Positions 13,496 through 27,729 of a DNA stretch of 64,000 nucleotides are shown here, in pieces. Origin of the DNA: Felis catus (taxonomy: Eukaryota); contig NC_058368.1 of the NCBI RefSeq assembly GCF_018350175.1, positions 56,918,001 to 56,982,000 of the forward strand, given 5' to 3'. Each line of letters begins with the position of its first letter. Within the stretch, counting starts at the first letter, position 1. Below the pieces are notes generated by a model. The model searched no databases and was not told where the DNA came from. It saw nothing but the letters and a program-made list of their open reading frames with translations. A program made the position numbers and the translations under genes.

Positions 13496-14604
13496 TATAT
13501 TTGGAAATATGTACATGTTTAAATGAAAAATTGGAAACTTTAAAAGGTTAAATAACTTTCCCATAGTTACCTATCATGTATTGGCATGAAGCTTCTAACT
13601 TTATGTTGGTGTAACACTCATTCAGAATGCTTACCCTCCTGGCTCCACTGTCTTCTTTCATGGCTCATGATGTTCTCTGTATTTTTTTGATGTTTTATTT
13701 GCTTTTTACATGTTTCTGTATATCCACAAATCTTCTATGACAAGGCATGAAAGGTAGATTCTTAGACTGAATTCCAAGGGAATTAGAAGCCAGCCATTTG
13801 ATGATGTGATTTTGTTTATAATTTATATTTCTCAAGCAAAGAATGTGTATTATAGAAAATATTCACCAAAAATGAGGAAATAGACAAACAGGAAGAAAAA
13901 TTAAGAAAAGCAAAATAACAAAAAGAAAATAGAATAAAAAGGGAATGTTAATGCATTTGTCTCTTGGGTTGCAGTTAGATAGGTTCTTCATTAGTAAGAC
14001 AACAAATTTCAGTCCAAGTGGCCCTTCACTTGTTACCTCCTTGAATGAGCCTAAAACAGATGCCATGCCAGATTGAAGAGCTCAATTATTTGGAACATAT
14101 GCTCTTCAAGTATCTTCTGATAGGTAAATGTATAATGTATTTCTTCACAAAAAAATGACACTTATAAAAATGTTATTTAGTATTTAGTCAAAAATATGTC
14201 CAGCATAGACTTGTTTACCTATCTAGCTTTAAAATAAACAACTCGATATTGTTGAGTTCCATCAAATCTCACCTTATGTTTTCTTTCTAAATTTTTGTTT
14301 GGTTTTAATTAGTTTTGTATTGAATCTTCACTGCAATCCTTATATCAGAATTTAGAATACTGTATGCAAAAATATCAGTAAAATGTCAAAATGGGTATCC
14401 TACAATGTTCATTATTTTCTACTCAAAATTAGTGTTCAGAAAAAGAGAATAAGGGAATGTTAGTGCACATATCCCTTAGTATTCAAAAATGTAATTCAGA
14501 TATAAATAATGTTATATATAATGATCACTGTTGAAATATATAATTCCATTTATAGATGTTAATACCAATAGTAGTCATAATTAATTTACTCATTTTATTT
14601 ACAG

Positions 14605-14631
14605 GTCAGTCATTTATACCAAGACAATCAG
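14605..14631 (+). CDS. Candidate 27-nt micro-exon (phase 1 reading GQSFIPRQS)
   Basis: tttactcattttatttacag|GTCAGT...CAATCAG|gtaatt; good acceptor and donor, symmetric, no stops. Confidence 0.35.
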
Positions 14632-14661
14632 GTAATTCAGTTAAAAAAGAAATTTGATTTT

Positions 14662-14868
14662 GGGGCACCTGGGTGGCTCAGTCAGTTAAGCATCCGACTT
14701 CAGCTCAAGTCATGACCTCACATAGGTTCGAGCCCCATTTGGGCTCTGTGATGACAGCTCAGAGCCCGGAGTGTGCTTTGGATTCTGTGCCTCCCTCCTT
14801 TCTCTACCCCTCCCCCACTCATGCTTTGTCTCTATTTCTCAAAAATAAATAAACATTAAAAAATTTTT
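14662..14868 (+). mobile_element. Can-SINE
   Basis: TSD aaatttgatttt. Confidence 0.95.
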
Positions 14869-14939
14869 AAATTTGATTTTCACTGAATTCATTAATTGTA
14901 CAGTTAGTCTGATTTTAGTTTCTTGTATAAAGAATCATA

Positions 14940-15147
14940 GGGGTGCCTGGCTGGCTCAGTCAGTAAAGCGTCTGACTCTTGACCTCATCAGGTCATGATC
15001 TCACCATTCATGGGATTGAGTCAGGAGTCTGACTCTGCACTGTCAGTGTAGAGCCTGCTTAGGATTCTCTCCTACCCTCAGTGTCTGCCCCTTCCCCACT
15101 CACACTCTCTCCCTCCCTCTCTCTCTCAAAATTAGTAAACATGAAAA
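14940..15147 (+). mobile_element. Can-SINE (older)
   Basis: TSD aaagaatcata. Confidence 0.93.
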
Positions 15148-15834
15148 AAAGAATCATAAAAATGTTCTTATACATAAAATATGGTTTTATTATATCAGAG
15201 TCCAATATTTAAAATTCAGTATGTTTAACCTTTACTGCTGGTGCTTCTGCTTCTTCTCCCTCTCCTTCTTCTCATCTCTGCCATTTATATTTGCTGAGAT
15301 ATCTCAGATTGGTCTTGATTTTGAAAAACAAGATCATGAAAATTAAAATTTTATATTTTCTTCACTGAAAATGAAGTGAAACAAATATTTATCTACATAG
15401 GTATATGACAGTGGTTCACACACAAAAAATAGTTTTTACATGAATAAGTTGGTAGCTGTGACTATTTGAAAAGTTCTAAACTGTTTCTACTAACATTAAT
15501 GCATGCTGAATACTCAGTTTTGGATTTAGCATGAATAAAATGTATGTCACTTTTGTTTCATTTTTTGAATTACATTAAATGGTAATCTCTCTTTTAGAAA
15601 TGTTATGTTAAACTTGTCCTATGAATTACCCTTTAAAGTGGAAAAATATGGAAATTATCTAGTAGGTGGATGTTTCCAAAAGACATTTGAATTATGATCA
15701 CCACATTTAGGCTTAAGATAGTTGTAGGAAATTCATTCAGAGAAAAAAAATATCCAAAGTTGTGGGTCATGTTATTTATAATTGTTGAATTTGATTCATG
15801 GGAACAACTTTTGCTTTAAAAGAAAACAAAACTT

Positions 15835-16060
15835 GGGGCACCTGGTTGGCTCAGGTAAGTGCCCGATTTCAGCTCAGGTCATGATCTCACAGTTTGTGAG
15901 TTTGAGCCCCATGTCAGGCTCTGTGCTGACAGCTCTCAGAACCTGGAGCGTGCTTCAGATTCTGTGTCTCCCTCTCTCTCTGCCCCTTCCCTGCTCATAC
16001 TCTATCTTTCTCTCAAAAATAAATAAACATAAAAGAAATTAAAAAAACAAAACAAAACAT
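15835..16060 (+). mobile_element. Can-SINE
   Basis: TSD aacaaaactt. Confidence 0.94.
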
Positions 16061-17811
16061 AACAAAACTTGAAAACTTCTAAGAAGACAAAGAAGTAAAG
16101 CTGTGATAGTTTACATAGTTTAGTAAAAACAACAGACATTGTCTACTTCAATAGAAGCTGAAAATATTTGAAAGTTCAGTGATCACCAGACTCTAGGAAT
16201 TTCATGATGACTTACTTTGTTCAGCAGAATTCTATTCAGGAGTTCTTGTTTTTACTTTGCTGTGGATGTTTCATAACAGTGTGTGAAAATCGTCCAGCAT
16301 TCCTCCAAAGACTATGCATTCTACTTTATTGACTCCAGAGCTATCACATAAGACATTTTCCCAGTAATTGAAATTCCCATGATCAATGCACAATCTGTTT
16401 TATGGATGCTGTTCTTTTCTATTTTCCTGTGTAGCATTCCTTTACCTTATTTTTCTTCACATTCTCTGAGAGACCAAAATGGCCCTTGTTATTGACTCAG
16501 TCACACATTATGTAAATGATAATGCCCTCTTGGGCCAAGAGAACTATGGAGCTTTTGTTGTATTTGCTAGTTCAGGGTATTCTTCAATTTGTTCTTGTTT
16601 TATTGGAATTCACATTAATTTGACTTATATGGTATAAAATACCTTTATATGTATGACAAAGGTAACTTATATGCTGTATTATTTGAGCCTTGATAGTTTA
16701 ATTCATTTTTTAATATTTCTCATATTTGAATGATGATGTAAAATTATTTATGACAAGTGCTTCTGTTTCAATTAGTTTTTGAATTTTTAAAACAATTCGT
16801 CTGTTTCACTTGTGAGATGAATTAAATGGAATATTCCATAAACAAGTTGGGGAAGTTACCATGAAGTTCAATTAGTATTCTGTTGTTAGATTTGTTATAC
16901 TATAAATATTTCTTTGCATTTTACTAAGCTCTTGATGTCTAATAAGAAGACATCAAAAATATCAACATTTTCCCTTTACACTTAAAAATTATAAACCCTG
17001 AAGATTTACTATCACTTGTCTTGCTTTAATAACAAGCTGTATTTTATCTTAACATTGCCAATAATATTGTCTTTATTTTTCTATGAAAGTTAATGTTCTT
17101 CAGATTAATACTTTTATCAAAAACTTTTTAGTTTAAGTTTTGGTTTAAATTAAAAACTGAAATTTGAGAGTATTAGTGACCATAAAACAAGATTGCAGTC
17201 TATTTCCCAGTAAAACCTAATGAAATCACCCACTTATAAACACACTTTTATAAAAACTGAATTACATTCATTTTAGATACACATGATATTTCTTAAATAC
17301 AAAGAGTCTATACCTTATTCAATCTTTGTTGTCTTGGGGATATAAAATATTGCCTCTACTCTATGTCCAGTTTTTAATTTTTTTAACTACTGATGTTGCT
17401 CTTTTCTGAATCAGCTTTAATTTATCTTGCATTCTTTGAAAATATGCAAATGACTTCTATATGCCATTAAATAAAAGACTAGAATTTTAGTAAGTTTAAT
17501 TTGCAGCAACGGTTTGAAATCTAAATTGAGAAGGCAAAGAACATCTTTATTAGGAAGGGCTCCCAAAACTGCTTACTGAGCAAACAGGCATAGTGTTTAT
17601 CTAGATGCTGTAGTAATTCAGTGTGGGCCCAGAAACTAAAGAAACTTATTTTTATCTGACAAGCCAAGCACCAAATAGATGGACCATGGTTAAAAGAAAG
17701 AGAGATATTTCTGGGTTTATAAATATGAGTTATTATTTTTTTGAATAGTGAATTAATTCTTATCATTAATAGATTCAGTAAGCTATAAACTGTCTCAAAC
17801 ATTTGGTCTGC

Positions 17812-18090
17812 ATCTATTCCTGGGTTCCCTCAGAAACTCAAAGCCTAAACTAGGCTTGTATGCAAATCACTTACTTGGAAAAATCCAAGGACCAGGAGTA
17901 GAGGACTGAAAAATATTAGAAAGGGTCAATACAAGAGTGTGTTATAAAGCTGGTCCATCAGTGTGGCAGCTGGTTCTCAGTCCATCTGGGGATCTTTTAA
18001 GGGGTGCTGTAGGATGAAATTCACATTAGTCCACCTAAAGTCTGGAAGAGAAGGCCATTTTTGAGAATATCCCTTATTCACTGACTCTCT
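17812..18090 (-). mobile_element. Old ERVL-class LTR fragment (LTR33/LTR16-like)
   Basis: ctgggttccctcagaa ... tatgcaaatcacttacttgg ... gtcaatacaagagtgtgttat resembles the antisense consensus as remembered. Confidence 0.55.
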
Positions 18091-18208
18091 CTCGCATTAT
18101 AGATACCTGTCATTATACATTTGTCAATATCCGTAGAATATATGTCACTGAGACTGAAACAAAATAAAAACTATGGACTTTGATGATGTGCTAATGTGAT
18201 AATGTAGG

Positions 18209-18213
18209 CTCTC

Positions 18214-18252
<39 letters not shown>
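18209..18252. repeat. (CT)n microsatellite
   Basis: Direct reading. Confidence 0.97.
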
Positions 18253-18258
<6 letters not shown>

Positions 18259-19004
18259 ACCATGGTCCATCTGTTTAGTGCTTGGCTCATCCCAAATTCC
18301 CTCGATCCATAAACTTGCAGCCTCCCCCACTATCAACAGTGACATATTTGTCATGTAGTTTTAAAAGTATATATATATTTATTACTGAAATATGAATGAA
18401 TCATAAACTGTTTATTCTGAGGTACCAAGAATATTCCCCACAGGATAGACCAAATTCCATATGAAAATGTAAATATCTTCAACCTATAGTTAAAGCAAGT
18501 GTTTCCTAGAGGAAATAAAGAGAATTGCAAGTTTTTAAGCAGATAATATTCGACAGGAAAGCTTCTAAAAGCATACTATTTATTCCTCATGAAGGACCTA
18601 TTTATGTGGAATCATTATCTCTTTTTATATATGTAGTACAGCAGAGATCTGTGACTAGTGTGGACAGGATTTGCTTCTCTTTAATATCCATCAACTCATC
18701 TAAGCCGCTCAAGGTGTAGTTACTTTAAGATTGATTCATTAAGCAATTCAAAGGCATCATAAAGAATTCAGATACACTTATTATTTCTCTCTTTTTACTC
18801 AACAATTTTCCTTCAAAATATAGTGATGATATTTTAGTTCCAGTTATTTTTCCATTAAAATATATTAAGCAGAATAATAAATCTGATGATTTTTTTCCTT
18901 TAAAAATTGAAAAAAAAGAACCACCAATTTCCTATATATCCCACTGGCAGATTTCCAGTTCATTGGCAGGATCTGGGTCTCATATGTAAATCTAAATTAA
19001 TCAC

Positions 19005-20645
19005 AGGAGAGAGTATGTTTTTACACACCCTTAACAACAACCTAAAAAATATGACATTGGCTTTTGGACTGATTGTTAGGTCAAAGCTCGAAGGCCTTTG
19101 AGGAAATGGTACATTGAAGGAGGTCAAATTTTAATCAGAGTAAATGCAGAAGTTTAAAGACATTTGAAGATATTGTCATCAAGGCATTAACAAAGAGGGA
19201 GGAGGGGAACCTGGGTGGCTCAGTCTGTTAAGTGTCCACCTTCTGCTAAGGTCATAATCTCATGGTTCATGAGTTAGACACCATGTCAGGCTCTGTGCTG
19301 ACAGCGTGCCTCAGATTCTGTGTCTCCCTCTCTCTGACCCTTCCCCACTCACACACACACTCTCTCTCAAAAATAAATAAACATTAAAAAAATTTTTTTA
19401 AGTTCAAAAACAAAAACAAAGAGTGAGGAAATTATTTTTGGAAGTTATAGAAAGGAGAACCATGTTATAGTGTCAGAAAATGCAGCTAAATTGTTGCCTA
19501 TACTAACATGAAAAATAGGAAAATATACCTAATGACTTGATGATCTTACTAAAGACACTCTAGGCAGAATGTTAAGGATACCACCTACCAATAGTTTATA
19601 ACAAAATGAGTAAGGAGAGCAGTATACTAAAGAATTAGTTATTATGTATTGGAGTGAATTTGGGAGAGATGTAAAGGGCTCAGAATAATCTTTTCAGCCA
19701 ACAAAGAGTTCTGAAAGTAAGCAAGAACCCTAGTGCAAAAAATAAACACCAGTGTGGGATTGTAAAATCCTTTGTTCAAAAAGATTTAAACGAGTAACTC
19801 AAACATTTTCAAATAGACCAAAGTCCTTCAGTGAACTCTAAAGGTGTACCTTCAAGATCCTTTGTCTTACACAATGGGGATTACAAGAAATTAAAATACA
19901 TTGTCCTATATCAGCTTTACCCAGAGCTTGAATTAGGGAAGTATCTGTTTCAGATTTTCGGTTACTTCATTTTTCTGATTGAATATATTCTAATACCATT
20001 CGTTAAAAAACCCGCACATTTTTAAGAACTTTTTTTCCTGATGGAAGTTACCTACAGTTATAACTATAAGTGACAAAAAATATACAAAATGAAAACGGGC
20101 CTTTCTTTGGATTCCCAAACTTTTATGGCAGGAAATATAGTACAAAGTCAACTCAGTTGCAAACTCAGTTTTCTTATGAAAACTACAAAGTAGAATCAAA
20201 AGTGCAGATTCTACATACCAACAAACAAGATAAAAATCGCCAAAGAATAGGACAGAACCTAAATTAAGAAACTAACAACATATGTCCTGCTGGATTTCAG
20301 AGGTGCTGTGAACATTGACTACTTTTGTTTCCCTTTTATCACTTTTTGAATGAGAATGTTCATAGTGGTTGCCCTATTGCTGTGACATTATTCAATGTTT
20401 TGGAGACGGGGGTGAGGGTTGGCAGGGAAGACACATATTTTTTTTTCTATTTAACTCCCAGATATTCTAAAAAAGACAAATATAGCAAGACTTATACCAG
20501 AGGAATATATACTCATCTGAGCTTATAAATGAAGATAACTTCCAGACTTCCTATTATGATTCCATAACAGGATGAAGATTTGAGGGACTTGGTGGGAAGG
20601 ATGCACGTGTATTGCATGTGAGAATATGAATTATTGTGACTAGAG
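19005..20645 (+). mobile_element. MaLR (MLT1) internal region, decayed
   Basis: cctaaaaaatatgacattggcttttggactg start; ctctaggcagaatgttaagg; ends tattgcatgtgagaatatgaatt next to an LTR. Confidence 0.7.
19204..19414 (+). mobile_element. Can-SINE nested in MaLR internal region
   Basis: Degenerate TSD aacaaagagggagga / aacaaagagtgagga. Confidence 0.92.
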
Positions 20646-21040
20646 AGTGAATGGTGAAAAATCATACTTTCAAAAGATTAGTGGAACAATATACCTATTG
20701 CCCCAAGGTCTCCTGCAATGTGACTTTACCATTGCCCCATTAATAGGGAGGTCTTATTCTCTTCCCATTTGTATCTGGGTTGGCCTATGACTCACTTGAA
20801 ACCAACAGAACGTGACAGAAGTGAAGGTGAATGTGTTTGAGGCTATGTCATAAAAGATAATGCAACTTCTGCTGGGTTCACTAGGTAGGCCTCTTACTTC
20901 GGAACGCTGAATTGACAAGAGAAAATGTCCGCTTCACTGAAGCCACCTTACTGTGAGAAAGCCCAAATTAGCTGAGAATACATGCAGAGGTCCTGAGGAT
21001 GTGAGGATGTACAAAGAGAGGTAACCAACAAGCTCTCATA
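20646..21040 (+). mobile_element. MLT1 (F/G/H-like) 3' LTR
   Basis: tctgggttggcctatgactcacttgaaaccaacagaacgtgacagaagtga motif. Confidence 0.75.
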
Positions 21041-21204
21041 ACTACAGAATTATAATCTTAATAACCTTTTATTCAATGTTACTCATAGTAATTTCACTTC
21101 TTTAATTCAACCCTGACTAATCCAAGCCATAATTCAACTTCTCATGGAATTTAAAAAAATCCAGATATATAAATTTAAAATTTTCTTCATAGATGAAAGC
21201 AATT

Positions 21205-22890
21205 TTTCATTCACTGATTAGGACTATTTATTGAGCATTTACTATGTACCTACTTTTATCTGTGCTGGAGATAAATTATCTGCCTTCATGGAGTTTACAG
21301 TCTGTTTCAGGACACTGGCAATAAATAAATATGAAATATAAGCCCAGGCAATCATAAGAGCAATGAAGAAGGCAAAGAACATATATTAGATGAAGAAAAT
21401 AGAAATATAAGGGGTGATATTTTAGATAGTAATGTAGAAGGCTTTTCTGTGGTATCAACTGAAAAAAGTAAAGGATACAATTATTTAAGTATGCAGGAAG
21501 AAGCCTTCCAGAAGAAATAAAAAATGTATAACCCTGAGTTGTGAGCATACTTAGGATGTGCAAGGATTAACGAGGAGACAAGTATAACTTGAACATGTTA
21601 AAATGAGAATAAAGATAAGAGATGTAATACACAGCCATGTAGATCATAGTAAGCCAGGTAGATGCATACATTTTGTTTAAAGTCTAAGATAGCCCATTGA
21701 GGTGTTTTGTTTAGGGCATTAAGATGAACTGATACTGTTTCAAGCAGGAATTGTTGAAAAGGACAATGAACAAGGGGCTAGAGAGCAAACAGATTATTTA
21801 TGACTATTCCAGGAAAAGTGTTGAGGGTGGCTTGGACCAGAGTAGTAGTCGCAGAGGTATTGAGAAATGGTGATAATCTGGATTTATTGTATCCTTATAG
21901 CTTGGGTATGGAGGGGAAGCCAAACATCAGTAGTCAAATTGAACTCTAATAATTTATGCCTCATAAGTAACAGAAAGTGGAGATTTTTAGGGGGAGAGGA
22001 ATTACTGAATGATGAAAGCTAAGATGAGAACATTGATAATGGAATCTTTTTAGGAGAGGGAAATTAAGAGTTTAGTTTTGGATATGTTATGCTTGAGATA
22101 TCTACTATGCCTCCATGTAAAGATATCAAGGAACAAGTTGGATATTCATGCTTGGTTTTCTCGCGTTTCTGAAAGAATTTTGGATTGAAGATTGAAAAAA
22201 ATAGATTTGTTCTACTTTTAAGTGGAATTTAAATCTATTGTTATATTATGGTTTACCTAGGTGATGACAGTAGACATAGTGAAAGGAAGAGTTTCCAGAA
22301 CTAAGCTCAGTAGTACTATAATGGCTGGAACTAGGAAAAGGAAGCATATTCATCAAAGAAGCCTGAAAAGAGAAGAAAGTTATGTAAAAAAATTAGTATC
22401 AGGAAATTGTGATTTCCCAGAATCTAAATGAATATGTTTCAAGAAGGAAGTTGAGCTCAATTGCATCAGACATTGCTTGGAAATCAACAAAGATAAAGAC
22501 CATTTGTCATGGTAAAATAAATTATATCCATAACCTCAGTGTGAGCATTTTTCAGTAGAGACACCGATGCATAAGACTTTTTGAAGTAGATTCAAGGAAT
22601 AATAATAAGTGAGGTGGACTTAGTAATATAGGTATATCATTTCTGTTTTCTTATACTATAATAAAAGAGATAGTTTTTTTTAATAAAGAAGAGATTTTGC
22701 AGCAGCTTTTTAGTTTGATGAAAATGCTCTCATAGAAATGAACATTAATTACAACAGAGGAAAGGAATAATTTCCAGAACACTGTCTTTGAGTAGAAATG
22801 CATTGTATTCAAGAGAGAAGACAGTGTGTTGTTGTAGCTGGACATAGTTTTAGAAGGAAATGATAATCCTCCTCTCATTTATGCTGTGGG

Positions 22891-22931
<41 letters not shown>

Positions 22932-23070
22932 CTAAAAGATAATCAGGATAGAATAAAGGTAGAGAAGGAATTAAGGAGGAAGAGGGGATGTGGAACACAT
23001 ATTTAGCACGTTGAAAAATGAATCCCCAAGTGAAATATAGTAGAAGGTTAGGTAGCAGAGATGCTTCCTA
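21205..23070 (-). mobile_element. L2 (L2a-like) long fragment, probably resuming at ~24100-24500 after the L1
   Basis: tatttattgagcatttactatgt ... ctgccttcatggagtttacagtct (L2 3' end); gagtttagttttggatatgtt internal motif. Confidence 0.8.
22896..22929. repeat. (GT)n microsatellite
   Basis: Direct reading. Confidence 0.97.
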
Positions 23071-23087
23071 TTTAAAATTTGTAGTTA

Positions 23088-24086
23088 GCAACCAACATAA
23101 TGGGAAAAGATATTTGCAAATGACATATTGGACAAAGGGCTAGTATCCAAAATCTATAAAGAGCTCACAAAACTCCACACCCGAAAAACAAATAACCCAG
23201 TGAAGAAATGGGCAGAAAACATGAATAGACACTTCTCTAAAAAAGATGTCCAGATGGCCAACAGGCACATGAAAAGTTGCTCAACGTCACTCCTCATCAG
23301 GGAAATACAAATTAAAACCACACTGAGATACCACCTCATGCTGGTCAGAGTGGCTAAAATGAACAAATCAGGAAACTATAGATGCTGGCAAGGATGTGGA
23401 GAAACGGGAACCCTCTTGCACTGTTGGTGGGAGTGCAAACTGGTGCAGCTGCTCTAGAAAACAGTGTGGAGGTTCCTCAAAAAATTAAAAATAGATCTAC
23501 CCTATGACCCAGCAATAGCACTGCTAGGAATTTACCCAAGGGATACAGGAGTACTGATGCATAGGGGCACTTGTACCCCAATGTTTATAGCAGCACTTTC
23601 GACAATAGCCAAATTATGGAAAGAGCCTAAATGTCCATCAACTGATGAATGGATAAAGAAATTGTGGCTAATATACACAATGGAATACTATGTGGCAATG
23701 AGAAAGAATGAAATATGGCCCTTTGTAGCAACGTGGATGGAACTGGAGAGTGTGATGCTAAGTGAAATAAGTCATACAGAGAAAGACAGATACCATGTGT
23801 TTTCACTCTTACGTGGATCCTGAGAAAATTAACAGAAGACCATGAGGGAGGGGAAGGAAAAAAAACAGTTAGAGAAGGAGGGAGCCAAAGCATAAGAGAC
23901 TCTTAAAAACTGAGAACAAACTGAGGGTTGATGGGGGGTGGGAGGGAGGGGAAGGTGGGTGATAGGTATTGAGGAGGGCACCTGTTGGAATGAGCACTGG
24001 GTGTTGTATGGAAACCAATTTGACAATAAATTTCATATTTAAAAAAAAAAAAAGAAAAAATAAATAAATAATTAAAATAAATAAAA
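23088..24086 (+). mobile_element. Young felid L1, 5'-truncated (~1 kb; ORF2 C-terminus, 3'UTR, poly-A)
   Basis: ORF2 CCHC motif ([18 protein letters not shown]); in-frame TAG at 23455-23457; 15-bp TSD taaaatttgtagtta (23073-23087 / 24087-24101). Confidence 0.97.
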
Positions 24087-25033
24087 TAAAATTTGTAGTT
24101 AAAAATGTAGAGGGAATCCAGTCAACATGAATGTGTAAATTCTTTCAGCTTTGAGAAACTTCTCTGATACATCAACGAAGTAGGTAAAGTTGAATTTAAA
24201 TAAGGTAAATTATTTTACCCAATTATTTGATGGATCATGAACTCAGGTATACTAGGGAATCATGAGAATGGCAGATTTGTAGGTACAGAAATTAAAAATG
24301 TGTCAGCCTCACAGGATCAGAGATCATGGTGGGGTTGAAGAGTTTTAGCAATGAGGATACTTAAATTAATTCTATGGAATAGAACACCTGACATTGGGAT
24401 TTTGTATCAGTATAATTATTGGTTAGGAAAAGATGTGAGACAGAAATATTATAGTAGCAGATCGCCGAGGCAAAGAGTAGGATAAGATTTTTAAAGGTGA
24501 ATATCCTGAGACGTCTACCCAAAAGCAAAGGCATCCTTACTTGTACATTTTAAATTTATCATGTTTATATTTACCAATTGCTCCAAGATTGATAAATAGA
24601 GGAAGAGATAAACACTAGTACAATATCTATACCTTATTACATTCTAAAGCAAATACTGGGGATAAAAACAAGTATAAAATCCCTTTTTAAAATATTTTTT
24701 ATTCCTTTGGGAAGAGAAAAGATAAAGATGCAGGAGACATCCTGAAGGGGGAGGAAGAAGAGCAAATTGGTGATTTGGCATTTTTATCATCTGTTCATGA
24801 TGACCACCTTTTCAGTTGCCTAATAAATTTTATTTTGGTATTTATTGATAAGTTACCTCTTCCAGTAAGTTGGACACAATTCCAGAGTATCTACCCTTCA
24901 GATAGCATTACTAATAAAAAGTGAAAGGTTTATTTGAAATAGTAGCCATTAACAAAAAATCTGATCATATAATGTTCATTGTTAATATGCTCTTCTAGAC
25001 ATTTCAACAGAATGAGCTAAAAATGTCAGTTAA

Positions 25034-25277
25034 GGGGCGCCTGGGTGGCTTAGTCGGTTAAGCGGCCGACTTCAGCTCAGGTCATGATCTCGCGGTGAGT
25101 TCGAGCCCCTCGTCGGGCTCTGTGCTGACAGCTCAGAGCCTGGAACCTGTTTCAGATTCTGTGTCTCCCTCTCTCTGACCCTTCCCCGTTCGTGCTCTGC
25201 CTCTTTCTGTCTCAAAAATAAATAAACGTTAAAAACTTTTTTAAAAAAAAATAAAAAAAATTAAAAAAATAAAAAAT
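25034..25277 (+). mobile_element. Young felid Can-SINE
   Basis: TSD aaaatgtcagttaa. Confidence 0.97.
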
Positions 25278-25485
25278 AAAATGTCAGTTAATATACAGCT
25301 TGTCATTTTTATATTGTTTAGTGTCTAAATCCATTAATTTCTCATTTTGAATTTCATTATTATATTGGCAACTTTCATTGACAGTGGAAGAACAATAATG
25401 TTTACGAACACTTGACACAATTTGGTTTCAGAATAAGGACTTCTAGTTCAGCTTTCAGAATATTGACTTTTAAATGCTGTGTTCC

Positions 25486-25701
25486 GGGGCACCTGGGTGC
25501 CTCAGTTGTTTAAGTATCCAACTCTTGATTTCAGCTTGGGTCATGATCTCACAGTCATGGGATTGAGCCCTGTGTCAGGCTGTGCTGACAGCATGGAACC
25601 TGCTTGGATTCTCTCCCTCGCTCTCTCTCTCTCTGCCCCTCTCTGACTCATGCCTGCTAGCTCCTTCTCTCATTCTCTTGAGTAAATAAACTTTAAATAA
25701 A
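25486..25701 (+). mobile_element. Can-SINE (older)
   Basis: Head, CT tract and tail; degenerate TSD. Confidence 0.92.
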
Positions 25702-26118
25702 TAAATATGTGTTCAAACAAGGTAATAGTATGCCATGTGTGTATATGTAATATAGATTAACACATATTAATTAAAAATCACACAGAATATTTTGAACAAA
25801 TGTGACAAAATGTAAAATGTATTAACCAAAGAAAAAATCATACTGTATCTATAATATAGTTATTTCTAGTATCAATGAATATAAAATGACTGTCCCCGTA
25901 TAGAAAATAATTGGAGCAATTTGGTCATTATTGTATTTTATTTATCAAATAATTATATGACAAAGACAAGGTAAAATTCATTAAAGAAAAATCATTACGC
26001 AGACACTACTATGAAAAAGGAACTTGCCTCAATTGCCTGTTCTCTTTTTATTTTTTTTTCACCTGAGTTATATGGCTGATAGGCTTTTCTTTTTTTTTTT
26101 TTTAATTTGGATTTGCAG

Positions 26119-26162
26119 ATGACATTTCCAAAAACCTACAACCTTCATCTTATTCCTCAAAT
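26119..26162 (+). CDS. Candidate 44-nt exon (DDISKNLQPSSYSSN), phase 1 to phase 0
   Basis: Long T tract then ggatttgcag| ... aat|gtatgt; open frame continuous with the 14605 candidate. Confidence 0.3.
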
Positions 26163-27729
26163 GTATGTTTTTTCATACATTTATATTTTCAGGAGATATT
26201 TACTGAGCAGTTTCTAGATGTATGGCAAAAGTTTTAAATGAACTCAAATTTAAAATACATTGTTTTGTAGTTCACCGTATTTTTCAGAAATTGTATGTAT
26301 GTATACATATGTATACATTTTATGTACTGTGCAATGAGTACATGCTTCAAAAACAAAACAAAACAAAACAAAATCCACCCCACAAAGAATCCTTGGTAAC
26401 ACAAATAAGGCCATGATCTTCCTTGCTACTGGTGTGGTGGGTACTGGTTTCAAGGACTTCACAGAAGAGATCATGTTGGAGCTCATTTGGCAAACAATGA
26501 GTAAAGCCAGCGTTAGAACTGGAGGATAAAGTTATTAGAAATACACAGAGACATCGATAAAATGTGGGAAAATAATTGAAAAACACCCAGTTGGAGCCAG
26601 GGACAATGTAGGAAATGTAGGAATACACCAGAAAATCTGGAACTGTTAAATATTGATAGCAACTTCAGTTGACAGACAGCCATAAAAGTGTTTTAATCTA
26701 AGTGGAAACATCAGCTGAAGACAGTAGAAGGGGGTGAAATTGGCAGTTTTCAAAGCATAATGGTGGCAAATGGAATGGCCTAGAGAAAGAAGATGAGGAG
26801 ATCCTTCCTTAAGGCTGTGATGGAGCACAGAAAGATGAAAGAAAAATTATGAACATTGCCTAAAACAGGAGTGACTTCCTTCTCTGGGCTAGATCTTGGT
26901 ATGGTATTATAGTAAGCAATGAAATAGGAGTTTCATAATACCTAAAACCACTCTCTATTAAAACATTTTCCTTCTCTTCCTTCATTCTCTATCTTGAGTA
27001 TTCATAGGTGATAATCAATATTTTATTTGTTGGGTTCAATCCCATTCCTTTCCCTAGAGTTCAAGCAGTCATTTATGAGACACAACTATATTTTCTGTGT
27101 GGGGGTAGTGGGAGTGTATGAGATACTTCTCAGGTACCAAATTCTCATTCTCTGACCCCGTTTTTTGCCTGGGTTTGTGTAAAAGGATGGACAGTAATAC
27201 TTGTATAGCTTAATCTGAGGAGGATCAATAGGAAGACATCTCTCTATTCTAAAGCCTAAAGCAATATCCAATGAACAAGAAATGTTTTAAAATCCATTTG
27301 TTCCAATGTGTGCAATTAGTCAAAGAGAAAAAAAGACATTATCATTAATTAAAATATTTGTTTTTTAAGTTATCTCTATAGGGAGTAAAGAATGGTGAGT
27401 GCACATATGCATGCATGACAAGTGTTAAAAGGATTGTTTTTTTATTCCATAAATGTAATTTGACCATATTTACTCCAGAAGAAAAAATGGCTCACTACTG
27501 GAAGCAAATACCAGTATGCTCTCCAAGAAAAACATTCTGGGAAGATAGAAATATTCTTTACTCACATTGTCTAATAAAATAGCCATTATACACCTATGCC
27601 TATTAAAAGCTTCAAATGAAACTAGCAAAACTAAGGAATTCAATTATCATATTTATCTTAATTTTAATTTTATAATATGACTATTAGTTTCTGGTTATAG
27701 CATGCTTGTGTTTCATATCTTTCTGAGAA

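Noticed and set aside
26193..26219. Second 27-nt exon-like segment (EIFTEQFLD)
   Set aside because: Only 30 nt from the 26162 donor, too short for an intron; donor gtatgg is weak.
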